64,000 nucleotides of DNA, taken from assembly GCA_965116845.1 (NCBI GenBank), contig OZ220728.1, positions 4,920,433-4,984,432 on the forward strand, given 5' to 3'. This stretch comes from Vicinamibacterales bacterium (GTDB lineage: Bacteria > Acidobacteriota > Vicinamibacteria > Vicinamibacterales > UBA8438). Every line of letters starts with the position of its first letter. Position 1 is the stretch's first letter. The position numbers and the translations under genes were made by a program. Below, piece by piece: positions 28,770 through 38,116 of this stretch. The notes under the pieces are model-generated. The model was not told the DNA's origin. It saw only the letters and a list, made by a program, of their open reading frames with translations, and made no database searches.

Positions 28770-30179
28770 TCACCAGAGCCCGAGGATCTTCCACCAGAGC
28801 ACCCCCACCGGGATCCAGATGACCAGGTTGAGCACGGAGGCGATGAAGCCGGTGCGCCACCAGTCGCGGAAGCTCACGTAGCCCTCGACGAAGATGATCG
28901 GGGAGGTCGTGGTTCCGTAGTGGGTCAGCCCGGCCGTCAGGTTGTTGATGAAGAGCAGGCTGTAGGCGACGACGGCGGCCGGCGCCCCGACCGCCACGAG
29001 GAGCGCCACGAACGGCCCGTAGAGCGCGATCGCGTGGGCCGTCGTGCTGGCGAAGAAGTAGTGCGCGTAGTAGTAGATGACGAGGGCCGCGGCGAAGACC
29101 ACCAGCCACGGCACGCCCTCGAACGCCGATCCGACCCAGGTTGCGAACACCGTGGGCGACCCGCTCTCGTTGAGCAGCCCGCCCATCGTCAGCAGGCCGC
29201 CGTACCAGACGAAGATGTCCCAGGCCGAGCGCTCTCCCAGCGCGGCATTCCAGGAGAGCGCCTGCGAGACGAAGAGCACGCTCAGGCCGATGAAGGCGAC
29301 GAGGCCTGGCGACAGCCAGTCGACGTAGGACGAGAGCACCCAGAACGCGATCAGGAATCCGAAGACCACGGCTACGACCGCCTCGGTGCCGCGGATCGGC
29401 CCGAGCTTGTCGAGCTCGCGCTGCGCGAAGTCCCGAGCCGCGGGCGTCCGCCGGATCTCGGGCGGAACGGCGCGCAGCACGAGGAGCGGCACTGCGACGC
29501 TCGACACCAGGCCCGGGACGAGGCCGGCGATGAACCAGCTCGTCCAGGTCACCTCGATGCCGGCATACTCCCGCGCGAGGTCGCCCAGCAGCAGGTTGGC
29601 TGCGCTGCTGTAGAAGAACATCGCGGAGGCGACCACGCTGGTCTGGTACATGCACGTCATCAGGAACGTGCCGAGGCGGCGCGCGGTGGGCCCGGGCTCC
29701 GACTCGTACAGGCTGCTGATGCTTCGGGCAATGGGGAAGACGATGCTGGCCGAGCGGGCGGTGATGGACGGCACTCCCGTCGCCAGCGTGAGGTCGGTCA
29801 GGTGGAGCGCATAGCCGAGCCCGAGCGACGTGTTGCCGATGGCGCGGACGAACTGCAGGGCGATGCGGCGCGCGAGCCCGCAGTCGCGCAGCGCGCGCGA
29901 CATCATCATCGCGGCCAGCACCATCCAGACCGACGCCGCGGAGTAGCCTTCCAGGGCGCGCGCCATCGGCACCCGGCCGACCAGGATGAGCGCCGTGATG
30001 CCGATCAGGACCACCTGCGAGCCGGGCAACGGCTGCAGCATGAGCCCGGCGATGGTCGCGAAGAAGATTGCGGTGATGCGCCAGCCCTGGGGGTCCACGC
30101 CCTCCGGGGCCGGGACGACGTGCGCAATCAGCAGGTAGATCGCAACCAGGGCGAGCAGCCGGGCGTTGCGGGAACCCAC
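28770..30179 (-). CDS. DASS/SLC13-type anion:sodium symporter (anion permease)
   Basis: 469-aa polytopic protein with typical DASS blocks (IFFATIAGLMLQPLPGSQV, VPSITARSASIVFPIARSI, TTSPIIF). GTG start. Confidence 0.8.
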   Translation of the reverse strand: MGSRNARLLALVAIYLLIAHVVPAPEGVDPQGWRITAIFFATIAGLMLQPLPGSQVVLIGITALILVGRVPMARALEGYSAASVWMVLAAMMMSRALRDCGLARRIALQFVRAIGNTSLGLGYALHLTDLTLATGVPSITARSASIVFPIARSISSLYESEPGPTARRLGTFLMTCMYQTSVVASAMFFYSSAANLLLGDLAREYAGIEVTWTSWFIAGLVPGLVSSVAVPLLVLRAVPPEIRRTPAARDFAQRELDKLGPIRGTEAVVAVVFGFLIAFWVLSSYVDWLSPGLVAFIGLSVLFVSQALSWNAALGERSAWDIFVWYGGLLTMGGLLNESGSPTVFATWVGSAFEGVPWLVVFAAALVIYYYAHYFFASTTAHAIALYGPFVALLVAVGAPAAVVAYSLLFINNLTAGLTHYGTTTSPIIFVEGYVSFRDWWRTGFIASVLNLVIWIPVGVLWWKILGLW

Positions 30180-30186
30180 GCCAGGC

Positions 30187-30354
30187 TAGGAGTCGGCGCC
30201 GTGGAACGGCGCGGACTCCTGGAGGGTTGGTTGGGCACCAGGCGGAGCCGGCAGGCAACGCATGGTGGGCCAGGAGTCGGCGCCGTGGAACGGCGCGGAC
30301 TCCTGCAGGGTTGGTTGGGCACCAGGCGGAGCCGGCAGGCGACGCATGGTGGGC
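30187..30354. repeat. Tandem duplication (2 x 84 nt) of a REP-like element
   Basis: Units 30187-30270 and 30271-30354 differ at two positions. Each unit is a hairpin (aggagtcggcgccgtggaacggcgcggactcct) plus the tail ggttggttgggcaccaggcggagccggcaggcRacgcatggtgggc. The pair fills the gap between the thiolase stop and the transporter start. Confidence 0.9.
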
Positions 30355-31562
30355 TACGCGGCCACGCGCTCGAGCACCGCGGCGAGCCCCTGCCCGACGC
30401 CGATGCAGAGGGTCACGAGGGCGTAGCGGCCCTCGACCCGCTGCAACTGGCGGGCCGCGGTGAGGGCCAGGCGCGCCCCCGACGCGCCGAGGGGGTGTCC
30501 GACGGCAATCGCGCCTCCGTTGGGATTGACCCGGCTGTCGTCCTGATCGATCTCCAGAAGCTTCAGGCAACCGAGCACCTGCGTCGCGAACGCCTCGTTG
30601 ATCTCGATGACGTCGACGTCGGCCAGGGTGAGCCCGGCCCGCGCGAGCGCCTTCCGCGTGGCCGGCACCGGCCCGAGGCCCATCACGCGAGGCTCGACGC
30701 CGGCCGCGGCCGCGGTCACCACCCGGGCGATGGGCCTGGCGCCGGCGCGCTCGCCCGCCGCCCGCGAGCCGACGATGAGGGCGGCGGCACCGTCGTTGAT
30801 GCCCGACGCGTTGCCGGGGGTGACGACCCCGCCGTCCGCCAGCGGCCGCAGCCCCGCGAGCTTGTCGACGCTGGTGCCGGGCCGCGGGTGCTCGTCCTCG
30901 CTCACCTCGACGGATTCGCCGCGGCGGCGTCCGGGCACGGCCACCGGCTGGATCTCCCCGGAGTAGAAGCACTCGGACTTGGCCTGGGCGTATCGCTCCT
31001 GCGACGCCGCCGCGAAGCGATCGCTCTCCGCGCGGCCGAGGTCGAGGTCCTTCGCCACCTCCTCGGCGGTCTGGAACATCGCGTGATCGCCGTACTCGGC
31101 GGCGACGGTCGGGTTCGGGAAGCGGGAGCCGAGCGTGGTGTCGAACATCTGCACCTGGCGCCCGTAGGCCCGGTCGGCCTTGCCCATCACGAACGGCGCG
31201 CGGCTCATGCTCTCGACCCCGCCGGCGACGAAGAGCGCGCCCTGGCCGCAGGCGACGGCGCGCGACGCATCGACCACCGCGGCGAGCCCGCTCGCACAGA
31301 GCCGGTTGACGGTCATCCCCGCGACCTCCACCGGCAGGCCGCCGAGGAGCCCCGCCCGGCGGGCGACGTTGCGGCAGTCCTCGCCGGCCTGATTCGTGCA
31401 ACCGGCAATCACGTCCTCGAACGCGCCGGCGTCGAAGGGGCTCCGCTCGACCAGGGTGCGGACGAGGCCGCCGAGCAGGTCGTCCGGGCGCACGGGCGAC
31501 AACGCCCCGGCGTGACGACCGAACGGCGTCCGAATCCCGTCGTAGATGAAGGCGTCTTCCAT
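30354..31562 (-). CDS. Acetyl-CoA C-acyltransferase / 3-oxoadipyl-CoA thiolase-like (thiolase II family)
   Basis: The N-terminus is [21 protein letters not shown]. The active-site Cys is in the NRLCASGL context. The C-terminal motifs [17 protein letters not shown] and CIGVGQG are present. Confidence 0.9.
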   Translation of the reverse strand: MEDAFIYDGIRTPFGRHAGALSPVRPDDLLGGLVRTLVERSPFDAGAFEDVIAGCTNQAGEDCRNVARRAGLLGGLPVEVAGMTVNRLCASGLAAVVDASRAVACGQGALFVAGGVESMSRAPFVMGKADRAYGRQVQMFDTTLGSRFPNPTVAAEYGDHAMFQTAEEVAKDLDLGRAESDRFAAASQERYAQAKSECFYSGEIQPVAVPGRRRGESVEVSEDEHPRPGTSVDKLAGLRPLADGGVVTPGNASGINDGAAALIVGSRAAGERAGARPIARVVTAAAAGVEPRVMGLGPVPATRKALARAGLTLADVDVIEINEAFATQVLGCLKLLEIDQDDSRVNPNGGAIAVGHPLGASGARLALTAARQLQRVEGRYALVTLCIGVGQGLAAVLERVAA

Positions 31563-31687
31563 CGGGCCTGCTCCTCGCCGTGCGCGCGCCCCGCCCGGGC
31601 CCTGCGCCGGGTGCGGTCCGCAGCGGCGGGACGATTATATGCGCGCGGACGCCGGCAGCCGCAGCCGCGCCTCGCTGGAGAGAGACC

Positions 31688-32473
31688 ATGGCCATGACTC
31701 CCGCTCCGCCGGCGCACGTGGCGGGCCAGCTCCGAGACCTCGGAGTGCGGTCCGGCGGCGTGCTGCTCGTCCACACCTCGTTCTCGCGCACGGGCCCGGT
31801 CGAAGGCGGCCCGGCGGGCCTCATCGCCGCCCTGCGCCAGGCGCTGGGGCCGCGCGGTACGCTCGTCATGCCGAGCATGTCGTCCGACGACGAGCATCCG
31901 TTCGACGCCGCCCGCACGCCGTGCCCCGACATGGGCGTCACCGCCGACACGTTCTGGCGCGGCGCCGGGGTGCTCCGCAGCGGCAGCCCGCACGCCTTCG
32001 CGGCGGTGGGGCCGCTGGCCGCCGAGATCACGGCCCCGCACCCGATCGACCCGCCGCACGGAGCCGACAGCCCCGTCGGGCGGGCACGCGACCACGACGG
32101 CCAGGTGCTGCTGCTCGGAGTCGGTCACGATGCCGACACGACGATTCACCTCGCGGAGAACGAGGCCGGCGTGCGATACCGGCGCGCGGTGCACGTCACG
32201 GTGATCGAACGCGGCCGGCCGATGCGCTTCGACTACACCGAGATCGATCACTGCTGCGCACGGTTCGCGCTGGTCGACGACTGGCTGGAGGCCGAAGGCC
32301 TGCAGCGACGGGGCCCGGTCGCGCACGGGGTCGGCCGCCTCGCCCGGGCACGCGGCATCGTCCGGGTGGTGACGGCCCGCCTGCGGGAGAACGAAACGGC
32401 CTTCCTGCATCCGCGAGGCTCCGACGTCGAGTGCGACGAGGCCTGGGCCAGCCTCGGGAGAACCGCGCCGTGA
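31688..32473 (+). CDS. Aminoglycoside 3-N-acetyltransferase (AAC(3)/Antibiotic_NAT) family protein
   Basis: Family pattern present: [22 protein letters not shown]...GTLVMPSMS...FAAVGPLA...[18 protein letters not shown]. The start is placed at ATG 31688. Confidence 0.8.
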   Translation: MAMTPAPPAHVAGQLRDLGVRSGGVLLVHTSFSRTGPVEGGPAGLIAALRQALGPRGTLVMPSMSSDDEHPFDAARTPCPDMGVTADTFWRGAGVLRSGSPHAFAAVGPLAAEITAPHPIDPPHGADSPVGRARDHDGQVLLLGVGHDADTTIHLAENEAGVRYRRAVHVTVIERGRPMRFDYTEIDHCCARFALVDDWLEAEGLQRRGPVAHGVGRLARARGIVRVVTARLRENETAFLHPRGSDVECDEAWASLGRTAP

Positions 32474-32874
32474 GCGATCGAAGCGCGACCGCGTCGGGCC
32501 GGGGTTCCGAGCGAGGTCCGGGAACCCTACAAAATTGAAGCAATCACATGCCACTGCGACAAGTATGTAGGAATCCTGATCGTCGCAGACTGTAACGGCC
32601 CGACGCAACCCGCCCAACGGCTGCTGTCGGATCCCACCAATTGCCTCCGCCCAGGCCCGGCGACAGCACGAACCAGGGGAAATCCCTGAACACGGGGACC
32701 TCTCCAGCACTCTCCGCGATAACAAAAACGTCTCCCCATATCGTGTTTTCTACATTTCTGTATACACCCTAGCTCCCCCCCAAGGCTCTCGCCCCGGCCG
32801 CAGGAGGTCCGGAGATCGTTGCCAGGTCGACAATTCTGAATGCCGCAGCCTCGGAATCCCGTCTCGAACAAGCA

Positions 32875-32890
32875 TGGCACGGCCATTGCT
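32875..32890 (+). promoter_or_regulatory. Sigma-54 (-24/-12) promoter
   Basis: TGGCACGGCCATTGCT matches every specified position of the TGGCACG-N4-TTGCW consensus. It lies in a ~500-nt A/T-richer intergenic region, ~95 nt upstream of the first porin ATG. Confidence 0.6.
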
Positions 32891-32985
32891 TTCCAGGAGA
32901 GCGGACAGCACAACGGCTTAACGAATCGCGGCCGCGTTCGGATGCCGCACCGCGGCCACAACACGAGAGAGGAACGCACAACGCC

Positions 32986-33903
32986 ATGCACATGTGGACT
33001 CGTCACTGGCTCCATCTACCGCTCGCCATGCTGGTAGCGCTCGGGATCACCGGCGCCTCGGCCGAACCGACTGCCGCGGCCGAGGCCGAGGCGGCGGGGG
33101 CCGAAGCCGAGGCGACGGAGGCCGAGGCGGCCGCCGTGCAGGACGACGCAGCTCCCAACTCCGGCATGCTCGGATTCAGCGCCGGGGTCGACTTCGTGTC
33201 CGACTACTACTTCCGCGGCATCATCCAGGAGACCGGCGGCTTCATCGCCCAGCCGTTCCTCGACGCGAGCATGAGCCTGGGTCCGGTCTCGATTACCGCC
33301 GGCACGTGGAACAGCCTGCACTCGGTCGGTGATGACGGGTTCATGGCCGGAGGCGCACCGGAGAGCTACTACGAGTCCGATTTCTATGCCGGCCTCGGCG
33401 TCGCGGCCGGCGACATGGTCGGCATAGACCTCACCTATACCGCCTACATGAGCCCGCGCGGAAGCTGGGGCACGACCAAGGAGGTGGCGCTCGGCCTGAG
33501 CTTCGACACGTTCGCCGCCCCCTACGCGACGTTCGCATTCGAGGTGGCGGGCGGCGCGGACGGCGGGCCGAACGAGGGCAGCTACGCGGAGATCGGCTTC
33601 GAGCCTGCCGTTCCGCTCGAGGACGCCCCGGTCAGCCTGTCGTTCCCGGTCGCGATCGGCGCCAGCATGAGCAACTACTTCGAGTTCGAGAACGACATGG
33701 GCGTCGTGTCCGACGGCGCCTTCGGCTTCTTCAGCATCGGAGCGTCACTCGGCGTGCCGCTGCCGGTCCCCGAGGAGTACGGCTCGTGGGATCTCGCCAT
33801 CGGTGTGAGCGCACTGGTGTTCGGCGAGCAGCTGAAGATGATCAACGGCGAGGACTCGGGCGCCAAGGTCATCGGGCTGTTCGGCCTCAGCCTGGGGTAC
33901 TAG
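32986..33903 (+). CDS. TorF/Gcw_chp family putative outer-membrane porin (paralogue 1)
   Basis: It has a signal peptide, then an Ala/Glu-rich linker, then the family hallmark VSDYYFRGIIQE. Alternating beta-strand pattern and a C-terminal aromatic residue (…LSLGY). Confidence 0.7.
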   Translation: MHMWTRHWLHLPLAMLVALGITGASAEPTAAAEAEAAGAEAEATEAEAAAVQDDAAPNSGMLGFSAGVDFVSDYYFRGIIQETGGFIAQPFLDASMSLGPVSITAGTWNSLHSVGDDGFMAGGAPESYYESDFYAGLGVAAGDMVGIDLTYTAYMSPRGSWGTTKEVALGLSFDTFAAPYATFAFEVAGGADGGPNEGSYAEIGFEPAVPLEDAPVSLSFPVAIGASMSNYFEFENDMGVVSDGAFGFFSIGASLGVPLPVPEEYGSWDLAIGVSALVFGEQLKMINGEDSGAKVIGLFGLSLGY

Positions 33904-33971
33904 GCGCCCTTGCGGCTTTCGCAGAAGGAAGGCTCGTGACTCTGTCTCCCCCTCCTGAGCACAGGGTCTCG

Positions 33972-34008
33972 TGGAGGAAGCCGGCGCCTTGCGGGCCGGC
34001 TTCCTCCA
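33972..34008 (+). terminator. Perfect 14-bp stem hairpin between the two porin genes (terminator/attenuator candidate)
   Basis: The arms are tggaggaagccggc and gccggcttcctcca, separated by a 9-nt loop. No T-tract follows. Confidence 0.45.
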
Positions 34009-34131
34009 CCCGCAACCGCCCGGCTTCCGTGGCGGCCGCGGAGGGTGTGCCGCACGGGGATCTTGTAAGATCCACCGGCGATCCGCGTGCGGACCCACAT
34101 CTCCGGAGCGGCACTCCGCGGAGGACATCGG

Positions 34132-35001
34132 ATGAGGACATCGGCTCGGCGCCGCGCGGCGCGCGCGGCGGCGCTTGCGTTGTTGACGGCGCTGGCCGCC
34201 GGCGGCGCGCGGACGGCGCACGCGCAGGACGGCGACGGCCGGCTCTCTTTCTCGATGGGCATCGACACGAGCAACGCGTACTTCTTCCGCGGCATCAAGC
34301 AGGAGCGCTCCGGCCTGATCGTGCAGCCGTACGCCGACGTCTCGGCGGATCTGCTCGACGCCGGCAACGAGTCGCTCAGCTCGCTGACGTTGACGGTCGG
34401 GCAGTGGAACAGCCTGCACTCCGGGCCGAGCGGGGCCGGCACGCCGGGCCGAACGACGGCCATGTGGTACGAATCCGACTTCTTCACCGGCCTCACCATC
34501 GGCAGCGACACGCTGACCGCCGGCGTCACCTACACCTCGTACCTGAGCCCCAACGACTCGTTCGGCACCGTGCAGGAGGTCAGCCTGGCGCTGAGCCTGG
34601 ACGACAGCGACCGTCTGCTGATTCCGCTGCAGCCGCACGTAGGCCTCGCCGTAGAGCTGAGCGGCCAGGCGGACGGAGGCCAGAGCGAGGGCACCTACTT
34701 CGAGCTGGGGATCGAGCCCGGGCTCGATCTCATCACCGAGCGGGCGTCGATCGGCTTTCCCGCCACGCTCGGCCTGAGCCTCAACCACTACTACGAGGAC
34801 GGCGGCGACCACAACGACGTGTTCGGGTACTTCGACCTGGGCGCAGTCGCCACGCTGCGCCTGGGGATGCCCGAGGCGGCGGGCACGTGGACGATCAGCG
34901 GCGGAGTGCACCTGCTGGCGCTCGGCGACTATCTCAGGGTCCTGAATGACGGGGACAAACTGCAGGCTGTCGGCTCCGTGGGAGTCAACATCGCGTACTA
35001 G
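34132..35001 (+). CDS. TorF/Gcw_chp family putative outer-membrane porin (paralogue 2)
   Basis: The ATG at 34132 has GGAGGA 7 nt upstream. The signal ends AHAQ. It has TSNAYFFRGIKQE, is colinear with paralogue 1 and ends ...VNIAY. Confidence 0.7.
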   Translation: MRTSARRRAARAAALALLTALAAGGARTAHAQDGDGRLSFSMGIDTSNAYFFRGIKQERSGLIVQPYADVSADLLDAGNESLSSLTLTVGQWNSLHSGPSGAGTPGRTTAMWYESDFFTGLTIGSDTLTAGVTYTSYLSPNDSFGTVQEVSLALSLDDSDRLLIPLQPHVGLAVELSGQADGGQSEGTYFELGIEPGLDLITERASIGFPATLGLSLNHYYEDGGDHNDVFGYFDLGAVATLRLGMPEAAGTWTISGGVHLLALGDYLRVLNDGDKLQAVGSVGVNIAY

Positions 35002-35037
35002 GCGTCTGCTCCGCAGAGCGATGTGGACTCCTGAAGG
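35000..35037. repeat. Degenerate copy of the REP-like hairpin module
   Basis: aggcgtctgctccgcagagcgatgtggactcctgaagg aligns with aggagtctgcgccgcagaacggtgcggactcctgtagg. It starts on the porin-2 TAG stop. Confidence 0.45.
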
Positions 35038-35181
35038 ACCGGCCGTGCGGGCAGCGGCGCCGCAGGGCGGCGATGTCCGGACCCGGTCCCCGCGGCCAGC
35101 GCGCGGCTCCGTGCCGGGCAGGGCCGGAAGAAGCGACACGGCGACACCGGCGGTCTGCCGTGTCGCGCCCATCGAATCCCC

Positions 35182-37707
35182 ATGTCCCCTGACACGTTGA
35201 AGTCCCGGCTGGACGAAGCCCGCGCGGCGGTGGTCGCCGAGACCGGGCGCGCGCGGGCCGGCCTCGCGGCGCTCGCCCGCTACTCCAGTGAGGTGGACGC
35301 GATCGTCGGGGGAATCTACGAGTCCGCGCGCCCGGAGACCGACACCCCGGTAGCGCTCCTCGCCATCGGCGGCTACGGCCGGCGGCAGCTCTGCCTGCAC
35401 TCCGACATCGACCTGATGGTCGTCTTCGACGGGCGGATCGGAGCCGCGGAGGAACGGTTCCTGCGGTCGGTGCTGCATCCGCTGTGGGACCTCCGTCTCG
35501 AGGTGGGCCATCAGGTCCGGGAGCTGGCCGACCTCGAGACGGTAGAGGCCGACAATCCGGAGTTCCTGCTGGCGGTGCTCGAGGCCCGTTTCGTCGCGGG
35601 AAGCCAGGAGACGTTCGACCGCGTCGCCACGACGTGCCTCGGCCCCGGCTCGGCCTGGCGGGGGCCGATGCGCCAGGCCCTCCTCGACCTGACCGGCCAG
35701 CGCCACACGCAGTTCCACCGCACCGTGTTCCAACTCGAGCCCGACGTGAAGGACTCGCCCGGCTCGCTGCGCGATGCGACCGCGCTCCGCCTGCTCGCCC
35801 ACCTGACAGACGACGCCGGAGGCGCGGTCGCCTACCACCCCGGCCGCGTGCGCGAGGCGGAGGACTTCCTGCTGCGGATTCGCTCCATCCTGCACCTGGA
35901 GCGGAGGCGCAACTTCAACGGCCTCGGCTACGAGCTGCAGGAACGGGTGGCGGCCCTGTTCGGGTCGCCCGGCGACCAGCCGCAGCGGCAGGTCGAGTCG
36001 CTCATGAGCACGTACTTCCACCACGCCCAGGTGGTCGCCCGGGCGCTCGCGGCGTCGATGCGGTCGCTCCAGGCGCCGGAGACGGAGGAGGTCACGCCGA
36101 TCGGGGACGAGCTCGAACGCGCGTGGGACGGCATCCGGTTCACCGATGGCACGCACGCGTCGCTGCGCCCGCGCACCTGGCTGCACCCGTTCGAGGCGGC
36201 GCTCGACACCGACGTCCCGGTTGCGGACCAGGCGCTGACGTGCATCGAGCGCCACGGCAAGCGGTACGCGCCGGAGCGGTTCTTCGTCTCCACCGACGAG
36301 CGCGACCGCCTGCTGCGCATCCTGCGCCCGCGGCCGGGACTCTACGACCGGCTGTCCGAGATGCACGGCTGCGGCCTCCTGGGGCGGATGTTCCCGGAGT
36401 TCCAGAAGGTCTACTGCCTCGTAATCCGGGACTTCTACCACAAGTACACGGTCGACGAGCACACGCTGCAGACCATCCGCAGCCTCGAGGGGCTCTGCAC
36501 GCCGAAGACACGGAGCCGAAAGCGCTTCGGCTCGCTACTGGGGGAGCTGCCCAACCCCGAGCTCCTGGTGCTGGCGCTGCTCTTCCACGACGTCGGCAAG
36601 TGGACCAATCGGAACCACTCGGAAGAAGGCGTGCGCATGGCGGCCGGCGCGATGCGGCGAATCAAGCTCCACGAGGGCGGCGTCGCCACCGTCGAGTTCC
36701 TCATTCGGCACCACCTGAGCATGTCGGTCGCCGCCTTCCGTCGCGACGTGGACGACCCGGATGTCGTGGCGCAGTTCGCGCGCCTCGTCGGCACGGAGCA
36801 ACGCCTGAAGCTGCTTTGCCTGATGACGCTCGTCGACGTCGACGCCGTCGCCCCCGAGGTGATGAACCCGTGGAAGGAAGAGCTGCTGTGGCGGCTGTAC
36901 GTCGAGACCTACAACCGCCTCACCCTCGAGTACGGCGACGACGTAATCGACGAAGCGACCCGGACCCTGGAGGACTTCACCACCCGGCGTCCGGATGACC
37001 TCTCGGAAGCGGAGGTGACGGCCTTCCTCGAAGGCTACCCGCAGCGCTACCTGCGGCTGGTGGACCGCTCGACCGTCTACGACCACGTCCGGCTCTCCCG
37101 AGACATCGCGCGCGGCGACGTCCACTGCTCTCTCGAGGAGAAGGGCTCGGCGTGGGAGCTGAGCGCGGTCACGTTCGATCAGCCGCGGCTCTTCGCCGAC
37201 ATCTGCGGGGTGCTGTCCCACTACGGCATGGACATCCTGCGAGGCCAGGCGATGACGAACCAGGGGGGCGTGGTCCTCGACCTCTTCCAGTTCGCGGACG
37301 TGGAGGGCTACCTGCGGATGAACCCGAGCGCGGCGGACGAGCTGACCGGGACGCTGCGCGACGTCGTCGCCGGGCGGATCGACATCGACGCCAAGCTGCG
37401 CGCCCGCGACCGGCCGGCACGAGGGTCCTCCCCGATCAGACAGGTCATCCACTTCGAGAACCACCGCTCGCAGCGGTTCACGGTGCTGGAGATCATCGCC
37501 CGCAACGCCTGGGGGCTGCTCTACCGCGTGAGCCGGGCCATCTCGAACCAGGGGTGCGACATCGACCTCGTGCTCATCTCGACCGAGGGAACGCGCGCGA
37601 TCGACGTGTTCCACCTCACCCGGGCCGGCCGGAAGCTGACCAACGCGGAGCAGGACGAGTTGCGCGCCGAGTTGGAGTCCACCCTGGCCGCCGGACAGAA
37701 GCCATGA
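35182..37707 (+). CDS. glnD: [Protein-PII] uridylyltransferase/uridylyl-removing enzyme
   Basis: 841 aa with an N-terminal nucleotidyltransferase domain ([24 protein letters not shown]), an HD domain ([10 protein letters not shown]) and two C-terminal ACT-like repeats. Its stop overlaps the glnB start (ATGA). Confidence 0.9.
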   Translation: MSPDTLKSRLDEARAAVVAETGRARAGLAALARYSSEVDAIVGGIYESARPETDTPVALLAIGGYGRRQLCLHSDIDLMVVFDGRIGAAEERFLRSVLHPLWDLRLEVGHQVRELADLETVEADNPEFLLAVLEARFVAGSQETFDRVATTCLGPGSAWRGPMRQALLDLTGQRHTQFHRTVFQLEPDVKDSPGSLRDATALRLLAHLTDDAGGAVAYHPGRVREAEDFLLRIRSILHLERRRNFNGLGYELQERVAALFGSPGDQPQRQVESLMSTYFHHAQVVARALAASMRSLQAPETEEVTPIGDELERAWDGIRFTDGTHASLRPRTWLHPFEAALDTDVPVADQALTCIERHGKRYAPERFFVSTDERDRLLRILRPRPGLYDRLSEMHGCGLLGRMFPEFQKVYCLVIRDFYHKYTVDEHTLQTIRSLEGLCTPKTRSRKRFGSLLGELPNPELLVLALLFHDVGKWTNRNHSEEGVRMAAGAMRRIKLHEGGVATVEFLIRHHLSMSVAAFRRDVDDPDVVAQFARLVGTEQRLKLLCLMTLVDVDAVAPEVMNPWKEELLWRLYVETYNRLTLEYGDDVIDEATRTLEDFTTRRPDDLSEAEVTAFLEGYPQRYLRLVDRSTVYDHVRLSRDIARGDVHCSLEEKGSAWELSAVTFDQPRLFADICGVLSHYGMDILRGQAMTNQGGVVLDLFQFADVEGYLRMNPSAADELTGTLRDVVAGRIDIDAKLRARDRPARGSSPIRQVIHFENHRSQRFTVLEIIARNAWGLLYRVSRAISNQGCDIDLVLISTEGTRAIDVFHLTRAGRKLTNAEQDELRAELESTLAAGQKP

Positions 37708-38036
37708 AGCTAATCAAGGCCATCGTGCGCCCCAGCAAGGTCGACGCCATCAAGGACGCCCTCTCCCGGAACGGCATCTCCGGCATGACCGTCTCGGAGG
37801 TTCGCGGCCACGGCCGGCAACGGGGTCACTCGCCGGTCTACCGGGGCGGCGAGTACGAGATCAGCCTGCTGCCGAAGATGAAGGTCGAGGTCGTCGTCGA
37901 GGACGACGCCGTCGAGGACGCGATCGACGCCATCATGGCCGAGGCCCGCACGGGAGAGATCGGCGACGGGCGCATCTTCGTCGTGCCGGTCGAGCAGAGC
38001 CGCGTCATTCGCACGGGAGAACGCGACGTGGTTTGA
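37704..38036 (+). CDS. glnB: Nitrogen regulatory protein P-II
   Basis: Sequence reads [20 protein letters not shown]...T-loop [17 protein letters not shown], with Tyr51 at 37854-37856. It also has the C-terminal motif [11 protein letters not shown]. Confidence 0.9.
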   Translation: MKLIKAIVRPSKVDAIKDALSRNGISGMTVSEVRGHGRQRGHSPVYRGGEYEISLLPKMKVEVVVEDDAVEDAIDAIMAEARTGEIGDGRIFVVPVEQSRVIRTGERDVV

Positions 38037-38116
38037 ACCGGCGCCCCCATCGCGACGGGTGCGCTGCGCCCGCCGCCATACTTCCGATCGTCACTACTCA
38101 CACTTGGAGGCATTGG

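Noticed and set aside
30187-30354. Possible CRISPR array or tRNA-like structure in the tandem repeat
   Set aside because: There are only two directly abutting 84-nt units with no spacers, so it is not a CRISPR array. No cloverleaf-compatible arms or T-loop (GTTCRANYC) motif are present, so it is not a tRNA.
27181-32031. 1616-aa ORF on the minus strand spanning four gene-sized regions
   Set aside because: Only its C-terminal ~515 aa (27181-28728) look like a protein (D-aminoacylase). The rest is Arg/Pro/Gly/Ala-rich read-through typical of stop-poor high-GC DNA. It also overlaps well-supported genes in other frames (DASS transporter, thiolase, AAC(3)).
32474-32874. NtrC-type upstream activator sites (TGCACC-N5-GGTGCA-like) expected upstream of the sigma-54 promoter
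   Set aside because: I could not find a convincing dyad by eye in the intergenic region, so none is reported. A position-weight-matrix scan would be needed.
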